In this document: positions 60,858-64,000 of the stretch, in pieces
Layout of the letters: each line of letters starts with the position of its first letter
Position numbering within the stretch: the stretch's first letter is position 1
Assembly: GCA_965222075.1 (NCBI GenBank)
Contig: OZ244937.1
Coordinates: forward strand, 4,000,001 to 4,064,000
Reading direction: 5' to 3'
Origin: Candidatus Latescibacterota bacterium
GTDB lineage: Bacteria; Latescibacterota; UBA2968; GCA-2709665
Length of the DNA: 64,000 nucleotides
Made by a program: the position numbers and the translations under genes
Notes under the pieces: generated by a model
What the model saw: only the letters and a program-made list of their open reading frames with translations
Told to the model about the DNA's origin: nothing
Database searches by the model: none

Positions 60858-61949
60858 CTAAAATACAATCAGCCCCCGGGCCACCTCACCCTCGGCCAGG
60901 GCGCGGAATGCCTCGTTCGCCTCTTCCAGCGAAAAGCGCCGCGTAATCAGCTCGTCGATCTTCAGCTTGCCGGCCATGTAGAGGTCCACCATCCGGGGAA
61001 AATCCTCCCACGTCCGGGCGCTGCCGTACTTGCACCCGCGCAGCATCCTTTCCTCGTTTTGCAATTTCCAGGTGTCGAATGTCACCGTTGACCCCGTGGG
61101 CGGAAGCCCGATCAGCACGCAGGTCCCCCCAGGCGCCAGGCAGTTCCACGCCTGATTGATCACGCTTGCCTCGCCCACCGCCACAAAAGTATAGTCGGCG
61201 CCTCGCCCTGTCAGATCTTTAATCGCCTCCACCGGGTCCTCTTTCGACGCATCGATCCCGTGCGAAGCGCCCATAGACCGGGCATAGTCCAGCTTGGCCG
61301 GGTTCACATCCACGGCGATAATCGGATGCGCGTCCACCAGCACCCCGCCCTGGACCACATTGAGCCCGATGCCCCCGCTACCGAACACCGCCATACTCGC
61401 CCCGGGCGGCACCGCTGCCGTGTTGATCACCGCGCCCACGCCCGTCATCACCGAACAGCCGATCAGCGCGGCGACCTCTAAGGGCATATCTTTCCGGATC
61501 GGAACCGCGCACGACGCCGGCATCACCGAATAGGACGCATAGGAGGCCACATGCCCATAGTGGTACACCGGCTTGCCGCCCAGCGACATCCGTGTCGCAC
61601 CGTCCATCAGCGTGCCCAGGCTTGGCACCCCGCGCTCGCACAGCTGCGACCGTCCCGTCACGCAGTAGTGGCAGCGCCCGCAGGAAGGCGCCCAGGAAAG
61701 AATCACGTGGTCGCCCACTTCCACATGGCGGACTCCCGGCCCCACCTCCTCCACCACCCCCGCTCCCTCGTCTCCCAGCACGATCGGCATGGGATACCCT
61801 TTCCAGCTCCCGTCCGCCGCGTGCAGACAGCTGTGGCACACCCCGCTGGCGGCCATTCGCACCACCACCTCATCCTCCTTCGGCGGCGCCAGCTCCAGGT
61901 CTTCGGTTTCCAGTGGCTGCCCCTGCTCAAAAAGCACCGACGCCCGCAT
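60858..61949 (-). CDS. Zn-dependent alcohol dehydrogenase (class III-like)
   Basis: GVCHS, GDEGAG, CGRCHYC, LIGCSVMTG, GSGGIG. Confidence 0.93.
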   Translation of the reverse strand: MRASVLFEQGQPLETEDLELAPPKEDEVVVRMAASGVCHSCLHAADGSWKGYPMPIVLGDEGAGVVEEVGPGVRHVEVGDHVILSWAPSCGRCHYCVTGRSQLCERGVPSLGTLMDGATRMSLGGKPVYHYGHVASYASYSVMPASCAVPIRKDMPLEVAALIGCSVMTGVGAVINTAAVPPGASMAVFGSGGIGLNVVQGGVLVDAHPIIAVDVNPAKLDYARSMGASHGIDASKEDPVEAIKDLTGRGADYTFVAVGEASVINQAWNCLAPGGTCVLIGLPPTGSTVTFDTWKLQNEERMLRGCKYGSARTWEDFPRMVDLYMAGKLKIDELITRRFSLEEANEAFRALAEGEVARGLIVF

Positions 61950-62038
61950 GATCAAGCTCCTTTCCCGGTAGAGAAAATCGGTAACAATACGATGCTCTGA
62001 ACCTTGAAATCCTGTTATTTTCCTGGAAGCTCTGAAAT

Positions 62039-62803
62039 CTATATACACCCCGGCACGGACTGCCCCCGCACCAGCATCGCGTCATTCTGCTCGGAAGGCC
62101 CGGTGTACCGGCACTTAGCGCTGACGTAGTGCGTGGCATAGCCCCGCCGCCGCTGGTCCGTCAGATTGGGCTGGCTGCTGTGGAGAATCAACCCATGGTG
62201 AAAGCTGCAGCTGCCTGCCTTCAGCTCCACCGGCCGCTCTTCGGGCAGGCGTCCCTCTAAGGACATCCGCTCGTAGTCCTCCCACTCCGCCTTTTCGAGA
62301 ATTCCGAACTTATGCGTGCCGGGCAGCATCCACAGACACCCGTTCTCGATCGTCGCATCCGTCAGCGCAGCCCAGCAGCTCACCATATCGGGCGGATCGA
62401 TGAAAAAACCCAGCGGCATATCCTGGTGGTAGCGTTGCCGCGAGCCGACCTTCGGCGGCTTCATAAAGAACTGGTCCTGGTAGAGCTTAACGTCCGGCCC
62501 TAAGAGCGACTCAATCGCATCCAGAACCTTCGGATTCCGGGCGTGGGCCTCAAACACCTCATCACAGAAGGCCAAGTGGCTCATCTTCCGCAGGGAATTC
62601 CCGTACGTATCGGCCACAGCCTTCCCTTCGGCCACGTCGGGCTCCACCTGGAGCCGCCTCTTCAAGATGTGTGGCGCCTGTCCGCTGGCCACCCATTCTG
62701 CGTGCTGCAGCACCGTGCTGACTTCCTCCTGGTCGAGCAGGTTCTCTACAACGAGAAACCCCTCCTCCCAGAACTGCGCCACTTGTTCTTCAGACAGCTT
62801 CAC
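62039..62803 (-). CDS. PhyH family dioxygenase
   Basis: YHQD, ATIENGCLWMLPGTH, HGLILHSS. Confidence 0.9.
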   Translation of the reverse strand: MKLSEEQVAQFWEEGFLVVENLLDQEEVSTVLQHAEWVASGQAPHILKRRLQVEPDVAEGKAVADTYGNSLRKMSHLAFCDEVFEAHARNPKVLDAIESLLGPDVKLYQDQFFMKPPKVGSRQRYHQDMPLGFFIDPPDMVSCWAALTDATIENGCLWMLPGTHKFGILEKAEWEDYERMSLEGRLPEERPVELKAGSCSFHHGLILHSSQPNLTDQRRRGYATHYVSAKCRYTGPSEQNDAMLVRGQSVPGCI

Positions 62804-62964
62804 TGAGGCACCCTCCTTTCTGGCAATGTACGGAAAAATCCGCCCATCCGCAGCAGAAAAATGGACGCATCCATCCGCAGCGGACAAAACGCTTGGGGTC
62901 GTGGGAATTACACCCTCGGATACGCCCATCCTGAACTTGAACAAACACTATAAAAACGACGCAC

Positions 62965-62993
62965 TTGACACCCATACTGCAATGCACTATTAT
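62965..62993 (+). promoter_or_regulatory. Sigma70 promoter
   Basis: TTGACA-17 bp-TATTAT. Confidence 0.65.
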
Positions 62994-63200
62994 AGCACCA
63001 GGGCCCAATGGATCAACCGTGACGTACGCACCGGCAAACAAACCCATCGCGTCTCCATCACGGGCAGGCTGTGCAAGAAAACGGCGTAGAACTCGGAACG
63101 CTTCTCTCACTTCACCTTTTACACCCTCCCTCAACACCTTCATCACAGAGGACCCTGTGGAAGGCCATCTCCCCGACCTCTACCAGGGGAGCATATAACG

Positions 63201-64000
63201 ATGGATATTCTGATCATCGGTGGTACACGCTACATGGGCCGGATTGCGGTTCAGAAACTCCTTGAACGGGGAGATCGGGTAACCGTGTTCTCAAGGGGAA
63301 ACACCCGGCCTGAATGGTGGGATCAGGTCGAGCATATCCAGGGAGACCGCCAGGACCGACCGGACTTCAATGCGAAACTCCGGACAAAATCGTTTGACGC
63401 GGTCATCGATACCCAGGTATTCCGAAAAGAAGACGTGGAATCCGCCGAAGAGACCTTCCGGGGCCGCATCGGCCGCTACCTGATGGTCAGCACCGGATCG
63501 GTCTACCTGGACGGCAAGCTGGACTTTGCCACCCACTGCCCCTTTAAGGAATCGGATGTCAGCTGGTCCGCTCTGGACTACACCTATCCTCAAGGCGAGG
63601 ACCCCTATGGTGTGGGCAAACGCCACTGTGAAAAATGGCTTCAGGAAAACAGCAAAATCCCCTACACGGTCGTCCGTATCCCGGCGGTCATGGGCTGGGA
63701 CGATCCCACGGGACGGATGTGGTGGTGGGTACAGCGCGCCCTGGACGGACGCGGGGTGATCATCCCACTGGAGGACCGGGCCCCGTTTCGCACCCTGTAT
63801 TCCGTGGATGCGGCGGCCAACTTCCTGCGCGCCATCGACGCGCCGGCTGCGGCCAACCAGACCTACCACACCGCCATGCAGGAAGTCATGACCATCGAAC
63901 GCTGGGCGCAGCTCATCTGGGAAGCGGCCGGTCATACCTGCACGATCACCCACGTACCAAAGGACGTCATCCGCAAACAGCAAAACCTGAAACCCTACGC
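63201..64000 (+). CDS. NAD-dependent epimerase/dehydratase, runs off the window (absent from the ORF track)
   Basis: MDILIIGGTRYMG..GDRVTVFSRG, VSTGSVY, YGVGK. Confidence 0.9.
   Translation, partial: MDILIIGGTRYMGRIAVQKLLERGDRVTVFSRGNTRPEWWDQVEHIQGDRQDRPDFNAKLRTKSFDAVIDTQVFRKEDVESAEETFRGRIGRYLMVSTGSVYLDGKLDFATHCPFKESDVSWSALDYTYPQGEDPYGVGKRHCEKWLQENSKIPYTVVRIPAVMGWDDPTGRMWWWVQRALDGRGVIIPLEDRAPFRTLYSVDAAANFLRAIDAPAAANQTYHTAMQEVMTIERWAQLIWEAAGHTCTITHVPKDVIRKQQNLKPY

Noticed and set aside
62844-62882. CCATCCGCAGC direct repeat upstream of phyH
   Set aside because: Only two 11-bp copies; insufficient to call an operator

Overview
This is a GC-rich bacterial chromosome window spanning the replication origin, from a diderm (TonB receptor, outer-membrane barrel). 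Several PhyH, CehA-like and SelA-like genes suggest an FCB/PVC-type candidate phylum such as Latescibacterota (inference only). The core block is hom, gyrA-gyrB-dciA-recF-dnaN-[oriC]-dnaA, then rpmH-rnpA-yidD-yidC-mnmE-[2x parS]-rsmG, icd, tmk, ctpA and proA. The left arm carries egtD, an AttE/F/H-like ABC-lipocalin operon split by a ~5.5 kb insert of defence/TA fragments and dioxygenases, a SelA-like gene, a STAS-wHTH/NurA/HAS/HerA operon, a TonB/TPR/ABC cluster and a dead IS4. The most striking signal is a family of 21-33 bp CCTG-ended palindromes (11 copies) that sit at purine^pyrimidine steps with no target duplication, nest inside each other and riddle the IS4 transposase. Next are a GyrA C-gate-like segment inside the S41 protease and an ABC ATPase fused to a TPR paralog. 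Also notable are synonymously diverged gene-end copies bracketing the insert, an IS4-derived MITE inside a second DnaA-box cluster, and terminus-like strand skew flanking the origin block. No rRNA, tRNA or CRISPR was seen. All family calls are motif recognition by eye, not database searches.
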